DNA of 64,000 bases, taken from assembly GCA_038121585.1 (NCBI GenBank), contig JAYONY010000003.1, positions 25,866 through 89,865 of the forward strand, in the 5' to 3' direction. Position 1 is the stretch's first letter; each line of letters begins with the position of its first letter. Source of the stretch: an archaeon (GTDB lineage: Archaea > Nanobdellota > Nanobdellia > Pacearchaeales > GW2011-AR1). Below are positions 30,382 through 39,938 of the stretch, one piece after another. The notes under the pieces are model-generated. The model ran no database searches and had not been told where the DNA came from. It saw nothing but the letters and a program-made list of their open reading frames with translations. The position numbers and the translations under genes were made by a program.

Positions 30382-30999
30382 ATGCGATCATTCATTTATT
30401 ACTCATCAACCGCGCCTACAATCGGGAAGTTTGGGACTGACCTTATGAAAGCCGGGCGACTTGACATTGCAATACACACAGTCATCGCCTCATTTTTCTT
30501 AAGCCATTCATTTCGCGAAGATGTTCGATTGCACCTTGTGTTTGATGGACCGTCAGACCCACCAAAACACTTAGAACTCAAACCAGTCACTGAAGGGCAA
30601 ACTGGTGTTGACAAGATATACTTGAATAAAAGCAATATTGCAGACGTCATCCGCAAGATGTTGTATAAGTACAAAGAAGGCACTAAGAACGAAGTGTTTC
30701 CCGGCTACTGGGTTGAGAAAAAACCACTTATTGAAGTCTTAAAAGACCGTATTGCACAAGGCGAGCATATTTATGTGTTAGACCGCAAAGGAGAAGACTT
30801 ACGTGACGTCGAACTTGCTGAAAATCCTGTCTTTCTCTTAGGAGATCATCAAGGCAACTTACCAAAACTCAATTCGAAAGAAATGAAACGTTTGAAAGAA
30901 TCAATCACACCCGTCTCAATTGGGAAACGAACGTACTTCGCATCACAAACCGTGGCAATCGTGAATAACGAACTTGATAGACGCGAAGATAGAGCATAG
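30382..30999 (+). CDS. trmY: tRNA (pseudouridine54-N1)-methyltransferase TrmY (SPOUT, COG1901)
   Basis: MRSFIYYSSTAPT...AGRLDIAIHTVIASFFLSHSFREDVRLHLVF matches the TrmY N-terminal consensus. Length 205 aa. Confidence 0.6.
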   Translation: MRSFIYYSSTAPTIGKFGTDLMKAGRLDIAIHTVIASFFLSHSFREDVRLHLVFDGPSDPPKHLELKPVTEGQTGVDKIYLNKSNIADVIRKMLYKYKEGTKNEVFPGYWVEKKPLIEVLKDRIAQGEHIYVLDRKGEDLRDVELAENPVFLLGDHQGNLPKLNSKEMKRLKESITPVSIGKRTYFASQTVAIVNNELDRREDRA

Positions 31000-31033
31000 A
31001 TTAGTATTTAAAGAACTAACCGCATAGACGTGT

Positions 31034-31267
31034 ATGGAAAAGAGCGTGTTAGTAATTGCAATACTCGTTTCAGCAGGAATTGTTGTAGGACTAGCACTTA
31101 ATACGCCTGAAACTGTTCAAAACGCACCCCCGGGACTTCTTGAATGTGGTCAAGAACGCCCACATGAATATAAGTTTGATGAAATCTCAGGTTACTCTGA
31201 AAATGCAGATGAAGCTAAGGCGAAGGAAGCATGCGTTAGGTCTGCTTTTGTATTCGTAATGCCTTAG
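31034..31267 (+). CDS. small secreted or membrane protein
   Basis: N-terminal hydrophobic segment. 77 aa. Confidence 0.3.
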   Translation: MEKSVLVIAILVSAGIVVGLALNTPETVQNAPPGLLECGQERPHEYKFDEISGYSENADEAKAKEACVRSAFVFVMP

Positions 31268-31315
31268 GAGTATGTTTGTGTCTGGAATGACTGTGATGAA
31301 GGGTGTTGGAATGAT

Positions 31316-31519
31316 GTGAAGGATGTTGAGGCAGATATTACGTACGACTGCACTAATGAAATATTAGAAAATAAGCGATGGATGTGCACCTGTACACTAA
31401 AACCAAAAAAAGACTCAGAGTATATTTTAGTAACCCACATGTGTACTCCATGTGAAGATGAAGATTGTCTTTCGTGTAATGTAGAAGATGATTCAAAATT
31501 GGTTACTGGTAGAGGCTAA
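31316..31519 (+). CDS. small Cys-rich protein, possibly the continuation of the preceding ORF
   Basis: 8 Cys in 67 aa. 48-nt gap to the preceding ORF. Confidence 0.25.
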   Translation: MKDVEADITYDCTNEILENKRWMCTCTLKPKKDSEYILVTHMCTPCEDEDCLSCNVEDDSKLVTGRG

Positions 31520-31642
31520 ATTAATTGCTATCTATGGCTCTTTACTTTCATGATTCTCCTCATTACTGCCTAGTTAATAACGAGCTTGATCACCGAGACG
31601 ATGCTTAGATGATTATTTATAGTCCTGCGCGTTTTTTAAGCT

Positions 31643-31969
31643 ATGAGAAGTAAATTGTATTCTTGGAATATAGTTTTGAATATACTACTTCTAGCGATTA
31701 TTCCTGGCTTCTTTCTAATGGGCCTGTTTCGCTCGAGTGGCGCACTTGGCGATTGGGCGTTACTGAATTCAATACTTGTGCTTTTCTTTGCTATTCCAAC
31801 GCTCATCCTGGTGAATTGTGGGCTATCCATACTACACCTTAGGATAATCAAAAAAAATTCTTTGACTGAAGGCAAGAAAGCAGCGATAGCAGGCATTGTA
31901 ATTTCGCTGCTTGTCCTTATTTTTCACATTTGGTTCTATATCAGTGCAGCGGCTGCTTTTCCAACATAG
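31643..31969 (+). CDS. small membrane protein (3 TM)
   Basis: Three hydrophobic helices. Confidence 0.4.
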   Translation: MRSKLYSWNIVLNILLLAIIPGFFLMGLFRSSGALGDWALLNSILVLFFAIPTLILVNCGLSILHLRIIKKNSLTEGKKAAIAGIVISLLVLIFHIWFYISAAAAFPT

Positions 31970-32036
31970 ATAGCCCTTACCGACGACAAACCAATAGCGC
32001 TTGTCTACTATAACAATCATTAAAAACCAATCCTAA

Positions 32037-32813
32037 TTGCTTTTTATCATGGTAAAGGGTGTCTCAGCCAGGTTTGTAACGTACGAGGAAACAGTTCCTA
32101 AACTTCTCAAAATAATCAAATTCGATGATGAACTTAAGAAACACGAGAAAATCGTGTTTAAAGTTGATTTAAGCGAAGATCCGGTGGGTGGATCTCAAAA
32201 AGAGTTTGTTGAAGCGGTGATTAGATATGCCGTCATGCATAAAGCACCGGGTGCAGAAGTAGCTCTTGCTGAAGGGGCTGACGGGGAAGATACGATGGAA
32301 CTTTTTGAGCGACTTGGTTATTCAGAACTTGCCGAAAAGTACGGTATTGGCCTTATTGACCTAAACCAATCAGAAGTAGAAGAAGTTACGAGTCCCCGGT
32401 TTCTCCGATTTGACAGCATTAAGTTTCCAACTACACTCAAAGATTGTTTCCTCATTACACTCCCGCTTCTTCGACCAGATGATGAGTTGCAAATGACTGG
32501 TTCACTAGCCAGCATGCGCGCAGCATTTCCTGCAAGACATTACAAAGGATTCTTCACAAAGCGAAAAAGCAAGATTGCAAGCATACCTGCAAAGTATCAG
32601 ATTCATGATATCATCCAATGTCGCGCACCAGACTTTACCCTTACTGATGCCTCACAACACGGCTATATCCTCGCAGGCCATGCAATGCCGATGGATCAAC
32701 AATCCGCAAAACTCTTAGGTATGGACTGGCGCGATATCACCTACTTGCACCTTATGGATGACTCAGAGCACACGTCTGAACAAGAAAACGAAAACCCTAT
32801 TAATGAGAAATAA
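32037..32813 (+). CDS. hypothetical protein (DUF362-like?)
   Basis: 258 aa. No firm motif. Confidence 0.35.
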   Translation: MLFIMVKGVSARFVTYEETVPKLLKIIKFDDELKKHEKIVFKVDLSEDPVGGSQKEFVEAVIRYAVMHKAPGAEVALAEGADGEDTMELFERLGYSELAEKYGIGLIDLNQSEVEEVTSPRFLRFDSIKFPTTLKDCFLITLPLLRPDDELQMTGSLASMRAAFPARHYKGFFTKRKSKIASIPAKYQIHDIIQCRAPDFTLTDASQHGYILAGHAMPMDQQSAKLLGMDWRDITYLHLMDDSEHTSEQENENPINEK

Positions 32814-32857
32814 CTAGAAAGAGAATATGCTGAAATATCAGCAATGAGGAGTTCAAA

Positions 32858-33133
32858 GTGAAAAAATCAATACGACTAATTATTGCAGGTTCTGTCCAAC
32901 CCGTATTTTTTAATCAGTTCATCAAAGAACATGCTGACAAACTAGGCGTTAAGGGATTTATCAGGAGTAAAGATGCTGGCAATGTAGAGATTTTTATTGA
33001 AGGAACAATTGATGCAGTCAATCAAATGATTCCTATTTGCAAACGCGGACCGCAACACGCACAAATTCGGTCTGTTGAGGAACGCGCAGAACACTTCCAG
33101 GATTTTAAGGATTTTAAGGTTCTTGGTTTTTGA
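32858..33133 (+). CDS. acylphosphatase-like domain protein
   Basis: IAGSVQPVFFNQFIK...LGVKGFIRSKDAGNVEIFIEG resembles VxGxVQGVxFR...GWVRNxxDGSVE. Confidence 0.45.
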   Translation: MKKSIRLIIAGSVQPVFFNQFIKEHADKLGVKGFIRSKDAGNVEIFIEGTIDAVNQMIPICKRGPQHAQIRSVEERAEHFQDFKDFKVLGF

Positions 33134-33434
33134 AGCAACAACGTCTTTGAGGCCTCAAGATTTGAAGCAATCAAATCTTGACGTTTTAAGGTTCTTGGCA
33201 TCTAATAGAAATTATTAAATTCGGGTAACCACCTAGGATTTAATGAAAAACGAAAAAACTAGCGTACTAGATAACCTCAATGGAATCTATACAGAAGAGC
33301 GAGCCCAAGAAATTGAACAAGAGATTAAAGAAACACGTAATAGGCACAAACTAATGCATTCAAATAGGAATGTAAAAACACTCCAAACATATTAGAATTC
33401 TAAAAATTAAAAATTAAAATAAAAAATCGAGGAA

Positions 33435-33731
33435 TTAATTTTCTTCTTCCTCTTCTTCTGACTCTTCTTCGGAGTCATCATCCTCTGATTCTTCATCTTC
33501 TTCTGAATCGTCGGATGATTCTTCTTCAGAACCGTCATCACTGGATTCCTCTTCTTCGGATTCTTCTTCCTCAGAGGATTCAGTTTGCTCTTGATTTTCT
33601 TCTTCTTCTGGCATTCTCTTTTTTGACCCCCTTGTACTTGTGAGGGAGTCAATATTCCACCCTATAAAAAGCCTGTCTATCATCGGCCCGTGACAACGAA
33701 ACGTATAATGGGCGTATACGGCTTCTAGCAT
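33435..33731 (-). CDS. questionable ORF encoding a poly-acidic (E/D/S) tail protein
   Basis: (GAA)n-like purine-rich tract. The same tract reads as a K-rich ORF in another frame. Coding status uncertain. Confidence 0.2.
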   Translation of the reverse strand: MLEAVYAHYTFRCHGPMIDRLFIGWNIDSLTSTRGSKKRMPEEEENQEQTESSEEEESEEEESSDDGSEEESSDDSEEDEESEDDDSEEESEEEEEEN

Positions 33732-33764
33732 AGGTTTTTAAAGGATTAGTCCCTCCGCCTTTGC

Positions 33765-35294
33765 ATGGGACGACAGGAGCAGATTGTTAATGAACGTCTG
33801 CGTAAGGTTTCTGAGTTGCGAGAGAAAGGAGTGAATCCATATCCACAACGCTATGATGTAACGCATCATGCGCAAGACTTACAGAAAAAACACGCAAAAC
33901 TCAAAGCAGGAACTGCTGCAAAACAAACTGTTTCTATCGCAGGACGAGTTATGACCTATCGTGATTTTGGTAAAATCGCATTTGGCGTACTACAAGATAG
34001 CTCAGGCACTATTCAAATCACGTTACAAAAAGGAAAAACATCTGAAGACCTGATGCAACTCTTCAAGAAATACGTTGACGCTGGTGACTTTGTAGGGGTA
34101 GCTGGAACGATTCATCGAACTGAACGTGGAGAATTAAGCGTTTTAGTTAAGAAAGCTGAAATTCTAACCAAGTCAATCTTACCATTACCAGAGAAATGGC
34201 ATGGGCTTCAAGAAAAAGAAGAGCGATACAGAAAAAGATATCTTGATTTAATTATGGACAGTGATGCACGGAAGCGATTTGCAACTCGAAGTACGATTAT
34301 CAGTTCACTACGAGCGCTCCTCATTGATGAAAACTTCTTAGAAGTAGAAACTCCAACACTCCAATCAGTGTACGGAGGAGCTTCAGCAACACCATTCACT
34401 ACTCATCTTAATGCTCTTGATATCGACTTATTCCTCTCAATCTCCCCAGAACTCTATTTGAAACGACTTATCGTTGGAGGATATGATCGAGTATTCACCA
34501 TCTGTAAAAACTTTAGAAATGAGGGAATTGATCGTGAGCACAATCCTGAATTTACCATGATGGAATATTATGCAGCATACAAAACGTACGAGTACCACAT
34601 GGAATTCACTGAAAAACTCTTTACTAAACTCAAGAAAGCACTCAAGACAGGCGAAACCATAGAATATTACGGTCAGAAGATCAGCCTCAAAACCCCTTTC
34701 AAACGAATCACCTTCCAAAAACTCATGCTCGAACAAACAGGGATTGATATCAACAAAGAATCGACATTCGATACACTCGCAAAAGCTATCAAAAGTAAAA
34801 AACTCAAAGGAGTAGATATTGCAGGATGCAAGCACTACGGAGCACTTCTTGACGAATTATACAAACGAATCGTACGACCAAACATTATCCAACCAACATT
34901 CCTCACGCACTATCCAGTAGAGATGATCGCACTCGCAAAACGAAATGAAGATGACAAATCAAAGATTAACAGTGTGCAACTCATCATTAACGGCGCAGAA
35001 ATAATGAAAGCCTACGATGAATTAAATGATCCAATCGACCAAGAAAACAGATTACGAGAACAACAAGAACACCTCGCAGCAGGTGATGATGAAGCAATGC
35101 CTATGGACGAAGACTTTATTACCGCGCTCAAACATGGGATGCCGCCAACAGCAGGGTACGGAATGGGTATTGATCGACTCACAATGCTCTTTACAGGACA
35201 AGACTCAATACGAGACGTTATCCTCTTTCCATTCATGCGTCCAGAAACACATTCGAAACATTCGAACAAAAAAGTAAAAGGAGGTACAAAATAA
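33765..35294 (+). CDS. lysS: lysyl-tRNA synthetase, class II
   Basis: N-terminal OB-fold anticodon-binding region. FRNEGIDREHNPEFTMMEYY is class II motif 2. GMGIDRL is motif 3. Confidence 0.9.
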   Translation: MGRQEQIVNERLRKVSELREKGVNPYPQRYDVTHHAQDLQKKHAKLKAGTAAKQTVSIAGRVMTYRDFGKIAFGVLQDSSGTIQITLQKGKTSEDLMQLFKKYVDAGDFVGVAGTIHRTERGELSVLVKKAEILTKSILPLPEKWHGLQEKEERYRKRYLDLIMDSDARKRFATRSTIISSLRALLIDENFLEVETPTLQSVYGGASATPFTTHLNALDIDLFLSISPELYLKRLIVGGYDRVFTICKNFRNEGIDREHNPEFTMMEYYAAYKTYEYHMEFTEKLFTKLKKALKTGETIEYYGQKISLKTPFKRITFQKLMLEQTGIDINKESTFDTLAKAIKSKKLKGVDIAGCKHYGALLDELYKRIVRPNIIQPTFLTHYPVEMIALAKRNEDDKSKINSVQLIINGAEIMKAYDELNDPIDQENRLREQQEHLAAGDDEAMPMDEDFITALKHGMPPTAGYGMGIDRLTMLFTGQDSIRDVILFPFMRPETHSKHSNKKVKGGTK

Positions 35295-35653
35295 TGGCAG
35301 AAGCAGAACTTATTGTTAAGAGTAAGGTAAAAGCATGTGTTAAGGACTGTAACGTATCAAGCGATGTTGCAGAGCGACTCAACGAGCTCGCAAATCAACT
35401 CGTTCACAGCGCAGCAGACCGAGCAGATGCTAACGGCCGAAAAACACTCCAAGGCAAAGATGCTTTCATTGGTAAAAAATCAGCTAAAGAAATGATCGTA
35501 GTTAAATCTAAGATTAGAGATGCAGCTGGAGAACACAATGTATCAGCAGACTTTGCAGAAGCACTCAACGAGATGCTTGTTTGGACAGTACAGCAAGGCG
35601 CAGAACGCGCTAAAGCAAACGGTCGACGAACACTACAAGCTCGTGATCTTTAA
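35294..35653 (+). CDS. doublet histone-fold protein (two tandem archaeal-histone-like folds)
   Basis: Two ~55-aa repeats each end in NGRKTLQGKD / NGRRTLQARDL, like the HMf AGRKTIKAEDI motif. Confidence 0.5.
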   Translation: MAEAELIVKSKVKACVKDCNVSSDVAERLNELANQLVHSAADRADANGRKTLQGKDAFIGKKSAKEMIVVKSKIRDAAGEHNVSADFAEALNEMLVWTVQQGAERAKANGRRTLQARDL

Positions 35654-35712
35654 ATCATAATACAGGAGTCCGGGAAGTAACGCTTATATAGTATTTTCAG
35701 ACTTATGAGTGT

Positions 35713-36480
35713 ATGGCCCGGCTCCGTCTTTTTTTTGCATTATCCCTTAGTCTTTTCTTTCTTATTCAAACCGTGAGTGCACTCTCAGTACTCAATATTT
35801 ATGTTGACAGTTCAGGAACAGCACTCATCCTAGGGGAAACAGACCTTTCAGAAGGACTCCCTACAAATATCCAGATAAGCGATATGGGAGAAGTAACTGG
35901 CAGCACTTCAGCACTCACTTCTAAAAATGGAGAAGTCTGGACATTCTCACTTGATTTGCCTGAGACTGACATGACCGTCTTTCTACCACCTACTGCTACC
36001 ATAACCTCAATTAGCGGAGGGGAAATCTCACTATCTGGAAGCCGAATAGCAGTGTACGCTTCAGACGCACTCCAAGTAACGTACGTACTTGGGAGTGGAG
36101 AACTAGCAGTAGAACCATTTCCCCTAGCACTCCTCGGGTGGATACTAGTCGGGGCAGTAGCACTCATCGCCCTAGTCTTTTTACTCAACTGGTTTAATAG
36201 AGAAAATAAAATCAGACTTCCAAAACTCAGACCACATCCAGTGCACCAGCATAAAGCAGCGCATGATAAAATCGAATCATTACGTGGAGTTCTTAATGAA
36301 CGAGAACAGCAAATCGTTGATGAACTTAAAAGCCTTGGTAAAGTTAAAAGTTCCTACTTACGTCGAACAGTCGATATACCAAAAGCATCATTCTCACGAC
36401 ACATCCAAGAACTAGAACGTAAAGGCATCATTAAGAGAACAGGCGAAGGCCGGAACAAGTTCGTGGAATTAATTAGATAA
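35713..36480 (+). CDS. membrane-anchored transcriptional regulator: signal peptide, extracellular domain, one TM, cytoplasmic winged-helix HTH
   Basis: Signal MARLRLFFALSLSLFFLIQTVSA. TM LALLGWILVGAVALIALVFLL. C-terminal QQIVDELKSLGKVKSSYLRRTVDIPKASFSRHIQELERKGIIKR is a MarR/TrmB-like wHTH. Confidence 0.5.
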   Translation: MARLRLFFALSLSLFFLIQTVSALSVLNIYVDSSGTALILGETDLSEGLPTNIQISDMGEVTGSTSALTSKNGEVWTFSLDLPETDMTVFLPPTATITSISGGEISLSGSRIAVYASDALQVTYVLGSGELAVEPFPLALLGWILVGAVALIALVFLLNWFNRENKIRLPKLRPHPVHQHKAAHDKIESLRGVLNEREQQIVDELKSLGKVKSSYLRRTVDIPKASFSRHIQELERKGIIKRTGEGRNKFVELIR

Positions 36481-36527
36481 GGTCCACCTACTCGTTCCAC
36501 TTACGTTCCAGATGACTTACATAAAGA
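36481..36527 (+). promoter_or_regulatory. upstream element: three GKTCC direct repeats at ~11-13 bp spacing followed by ACGTTCCAGATGACTTACATAAAGA
   Basis: Near-identical (25/26) to the element at 37316-37363 upstream of the next gene. Confidence 0.45.
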
Positions 36528-36573
36528 ATTAATTTCTTGATTTTGCATGACAGATGTAAGGGGGCAACCCACC

Positions 36574-37275
36574 ATGAAGAAGCAGATTTTAGTTGCATTA
36601 GGCGTAGTTGCATTACTCGCACTCATACTCGTGCCACTTGGCATTGCACAGTTTGGAAAAACTCCAAGCACGATTGCTACAACAACAGAAGATGCTGCAG
36701 TACAAACTACAGGAGGTAGTTCACAATCAGTATTTGATGACTCACGCAGCAATTCAGTACTTGAAAACGTACTTGATAGCACAACGAATGTAGATGCTGA
36801 TGAAGCAGATGCTATCGCACAAGCACTCTTCGAAGGAACAACAGATCGTATCGAACAAGCTATTGAAGATGGCGTTCTCGTCTGGAAGGTACGTATCACT
36901 GCTGATGGACAAGAAGCTAATGTACGCATTGATGCAGACACTGGCGAAATTGTACGATACCGTGTTGAAGATGCTATTGGTTCAGAATTTGAATTTCGAG
37001 ACGATTCATTCGATGATAGTTTTGATGACTCATTAGACGACAATAGCAACGATGGCGCCTTAGAGTCAGTTGTTGACAGTACAACACCTATCAGCTCTGA
37101 TGAAGCAATTAGTATTGCACTCGCAGAGTTTGAGGGGACAGTCGACCGAGTAGAGCAAGAGTTCGAAGACGGCATCCTTGTCTGGAATGTACGTATTGAC
37201 AGATCAGGAGACGTTGAAGCAGACATTCGTATTGACGCACAAACAGGCGACATTGTACGATTTCGAATCAAGTAA
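36574..37275 (+). CDS. secreted protein with two PepSY domains
   Basis: Signal peptide. Two repeats of ...DEAxxIALxxFEGTxDRxEQExEDGxLVWxVRIxxxGxxAxxRIDAxTGxIVRxR. Confidence 0.6.
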   Translation: MKKQILVALGVVALLALILVPLGIAQFGKTPSTIATTTEDAAVQTTGGSSQSVFDDSRSNSVLENVLDSTTNVDADEADAIAQALFEGTTDRIEQAIEDGVLVWKVRITADGQEANVRIDADTGEIVRYRVEDAIGSEFEFRDDSFDDSFDDSLDDNSNDGALESVVDSTTPISSDEAISIALAEFEGTVDRVEQEFEDGILVWNVRIDRSGDVEADIRIDAQTGDIVRFRIK

Positions 37276-37315
37276 TCGCCACTTTTTATTTTATTTTATT
37301 TTTTAACCAACAATA

Positions 37316-37363
37316 GGTTCCGGAATTAGGTTCCGAAAACGTTCCAGAGGACTTACATAAAGA
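37316..37363 (+). promoter_or_regulatory. second copy of the GKTCC-repeat promoter element (ACGTTCCAGAGGACTTACATAAAGA)
   Basis: Same architecture as 36481-36527, ~90 nt upstream of the ATG at 37453. Confidence 0.45.
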
Positions 37364-37452
37364 CATCTAATCATACTCAAGTAACCACCTCATGCTTACA
37401 AGAGCTCAGAAATGAGTACTTGAAACAAAGCTGAAAGGAGGACAGAAAACAC

Positions 37453-38673
37453 ATGACACAACGAAACAGAACACTCGGCGTGATTGCGATACTCGCACTC
37501 CTACTTGGAAGTGTATTTTCCGTAGGAATTGCTAGTGCCGCATCAGGTAAAGGCAAATTCGGTACTGACAATGATGACAATGACTTTGAAGAAGATGATT
37601 TTGAAACAAACAATTTCTTTTCAGCTCGCGAACCAATCCCAGTAACTGATTTTGATGATAAAGACGTGGAAAAAGGTGACGTGAATGAAGACGAATCAGT
37701 CGACATCTTAGACTTCACCATGCTCTCCCACTTCGTTACTGGTAGTCGTAACTCAATAAACAATGAAGTAGCAGCTGACTTTGACGATGATGGATTTATC
37801 ACTTGGTACGATGTTGTAAAACTCGGTAATTACTTGTTTATGAATAATGATGTAGTGCTCTTAGGAGATGCTAATGATGACGGCAACGTTGACATAGCAG
37901 ACATTGCAGTACTCGGACAGTATGTGAATAAACGCCATATAATGGTTGACTTAGAAAACGCTGACTATAACGAGGATGGTACCATAGACAATGCTGACCG
38001 AATCGCATTACAAGACTACTTATTTGGTGAAGACGGCCCTATCTCAAAACGATTTGAGGACAAAGCACGAGTACGAGTACAAGATGTTACGAAAGTTTTG
38101 AACAGCATCCGTGAACACGACAGTGAAGGATTTAGTTTCCCAGTCATCCAATATACTGGCTACAGTGATGACCATGACGGCATGAAGTTTGTACTTTTTG
38201 AAAAACGAAGTACGAGCGACCCAACCGCTGAAGATATTATTGTAACAGACCGTTACTTTTCAGGAACTATTGGTCTTGCTAACGGTGTACGCTATTCACT
38301 CGAAGGCGACGCACTAGATGCGCTAAACGTATTTGCACAAGACGATACAGCAAACGCTGCAGGAACAGTAGCTGTTGACTTCGAAGATGAAGTACTGAGC
38401 ATAATCATTGATAGTGAAGAAACACGGTACTCATTAGACGATGTTGATCGGAAAGCAATTAAAACACAAGGTATTGGAGCAGTTATTGCACCTATTGCTA
38501 AGAGCCAAAACTCAGGCAAAGGTAACAATGACCTCTCTGTCCGCATTCGCGAACGAGTAGATGATGACACTGGCGAAACACAGCTTGAAATTAAAGGCAA
38601 AGGACTTGACACTAGTCAAGGCCAAAGCTTTTGGAAGCGACTCGTATCGTGGTTTAGATTCCAACGAAACTAA
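37453..38673 (+). CDS. secreted protein with four dockerin-like (EF-hand-like Ca-binding) repeats and a C-terminal domain shared with the next gene
   Basis: Signal peptide. Repeats GDVNEDESVDILDFTML, ADFDDDGFITWYDVVKL, GDANDDGNVDIADIAVL and ADYNEDGTIDNADRIAL. The C-terminal domain YTGYSDDHDGMKFVLFEKRS... is paralogous to 38809-39780. Confidence 0.6.
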   Translation: MTQRNRTLGVIAILALLLGSVFSVGIASAASGKGKFGTDNDDNDFEEDDFETNNFFSAREPIPVTDFDDKDVEKGDVNEDESVDILDFTMLSHFVTGSRNSINNEVAADFDDDGFITWYDVVKLGNYLFMNNDVVLLGDANDDGNVDIADIAVLGQYVNKRHIMVDLENADYNEDGTIDNADRIALQDYLFGEDGPISKRFEDKARVRVQDVTKVLNSIREHDSEGFSFPVIQYTGYSDDHDGMKFVLFEKRSTSDPTAEDIIVTDRYFSGTIGLANGVRYSLEGDALDALNVFAQDDTANAAGTVAVDFEDEVLSIIIDSEETRYSLDDVDRKAIKTQGIGAVIAPIAKSQNSGKGNNDLSVRIRERVDDDTGETQLEIKGKGLDTSQGQSFWKRLVSWFRFQRN

Positions 38674-38808
38674 CTACAACTAGCTTTATTTTTTTATTTT
38701 TTTATGTGTCAAAAACCTTGCAATATAGGTTCTTGAGCACCAAGATTTGTTTTTTCCACAAATCTTTTGTTTCGTTTATTTTATATACACCCTCGCCTCA
38801 TTATCAAT

Positions 38809-39780
38809 ATGGGTAAAGCATTCATTCTTTTTACGTTAGCATTACTAGTTATTGTACCGCTTGCAGTCGCTAAATCGGCGTTTGAATATGAGTATCGTGT
38901 AAAAGATGATGGCGAAATTCGTGAGCGCATTTCACTCTCAGGTGATGAAGCAACTATTTTACCAGGAGTAAAACCACCGGTTGATGAAGAAACAATTATT
39001 CCAAGCATTACAGGACGTGTTGTTGATGAAGATTCCGACGTAATATGGAGAAAAGGAGCGCTTTCGCCTGAAATTGTAACAGGTGAAGGGACTACTATCA
39101 CGAAAGCAACACGTATCCCTGAAGCCAGTAGTATTTTAGACCCTAAAGATGCTGCCTTGCGCGTTCCTTTCAACTATGATGAATACACAGCACTTATTCC
39201 TTCTCAAAAAGAAGATGCACTGCACTTTCCAACCATTGCATACTACGGATACGGGGATGCTTTCAAATTTATCGTGTTTGAACAACGAAGCGTTGTTGAA
39301 GATGACACTACTGCAATTACTCGTTCTTTCTCTGGGCGACTAGTAATTACTGATTCGCAACTTCCTGAACAAGAATTTACGCTGGACGGTGAAGAACTAC
39401 GTTCCTTAGTATTATTTGTTACTGGAGAACAAGTTGGGACTGCATCCTTTGATTTTGAGAACAACAAACTCAGTATTACCGCATACAATCAAGAATTTTC
39501 ATTTACTATCTTTGAAGCTGCTCGCGCACCAGTTCGAGAACGAGAAGGGGTTGACCCAGAACTCGTGATTGAAAAAAGCGGAGATATTCCAACTGCGCAA
39601 GAACGTGAGCAGTTTGAAAAAACATTGCAGGACGCTGTTGCTGCAGTTGATGAAAAAACCGAACCAGCAGTTCGAAAAGCTGGAGAGAGTGCGAGCGAAA
39701 TAACTGACATTTCACAAACAGAAATTCAACCTGGATTCTTAAGTTGGATTCGAAGCAAACTTATTGGTTTTTGGGGCTAA
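38809..39780 (+). CDS. secreted protein sharing the C-terminal domain of the upstream dockerin protein
   Basis: Signal peptide MGKAFILFTLALLVIVPLAVA. YYGYGDAFKFIVFEQRS...FSGRLVITD aligns with the 37453 protein. Confidence 0.5.
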   Translation: MGKAFILFTLALLVIVPLAVAKSAFEYEYRVKDDGEIRERISLSGDEATILPGVKPPVDEETIIPSITGRVVDEDSDVIWRKGALSPEIVTGEGTTITKATRIPEASSILDPKDAALRVPFNYDEYTALIPSQKEDALHFPTIAYYGYGDAFKFIVFEQRSVVEDDTTAITRSFSGRLVITDSQLPEQEFTLDGEELRSLVLFVTGEQVGTASFDFENNKLSITAYNQEFSFTIFEAARAPVREREGVDPELVIEKSGDIPTAQEREQFEKTLQDAVAAVDEKTEPAVRKAGESASEITDISQTEIQPGFLSWIRSKLIGFWG

Positions 39781-39938
39781 AACCCACTTTTAAACATAGA
39801 TTTACCTTATAAAGTTCGGATTAAATAATCTTTGGAAGAAACTTTTAAATAATGAAAAGATTATTTCAAATCAAGAAAGTCTGGGGATAAGAGGTGATAT
39901 ACTGATTCTCAAAGACACTTTACTAGAGATAACTCAAT

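Noticed and set aside
33407-33652. 81-aa K-rich ORF
   Set aside because: An alternative frame of the (GAA)n-like tract. Indistinguishable from a repeat artefact.
34208-35277. Several ORFs overlapping lysS on both strands
   Set aside because: They lie within the well-supported lysS reading frame. Alternative-frame artefacts.
36501-37271. 256-aa Ser-rich ORF on the minus strand
   Set aside because: It is exactly antisense to the PepSY gene with low-complexity composition. It is a mirror ORF of the real plus-strand gene.
38781-39715. Minus-strand ORFs of 69-130 aa
   Set aside because: Antisense to the 38809-39780 secreted-protein gene.
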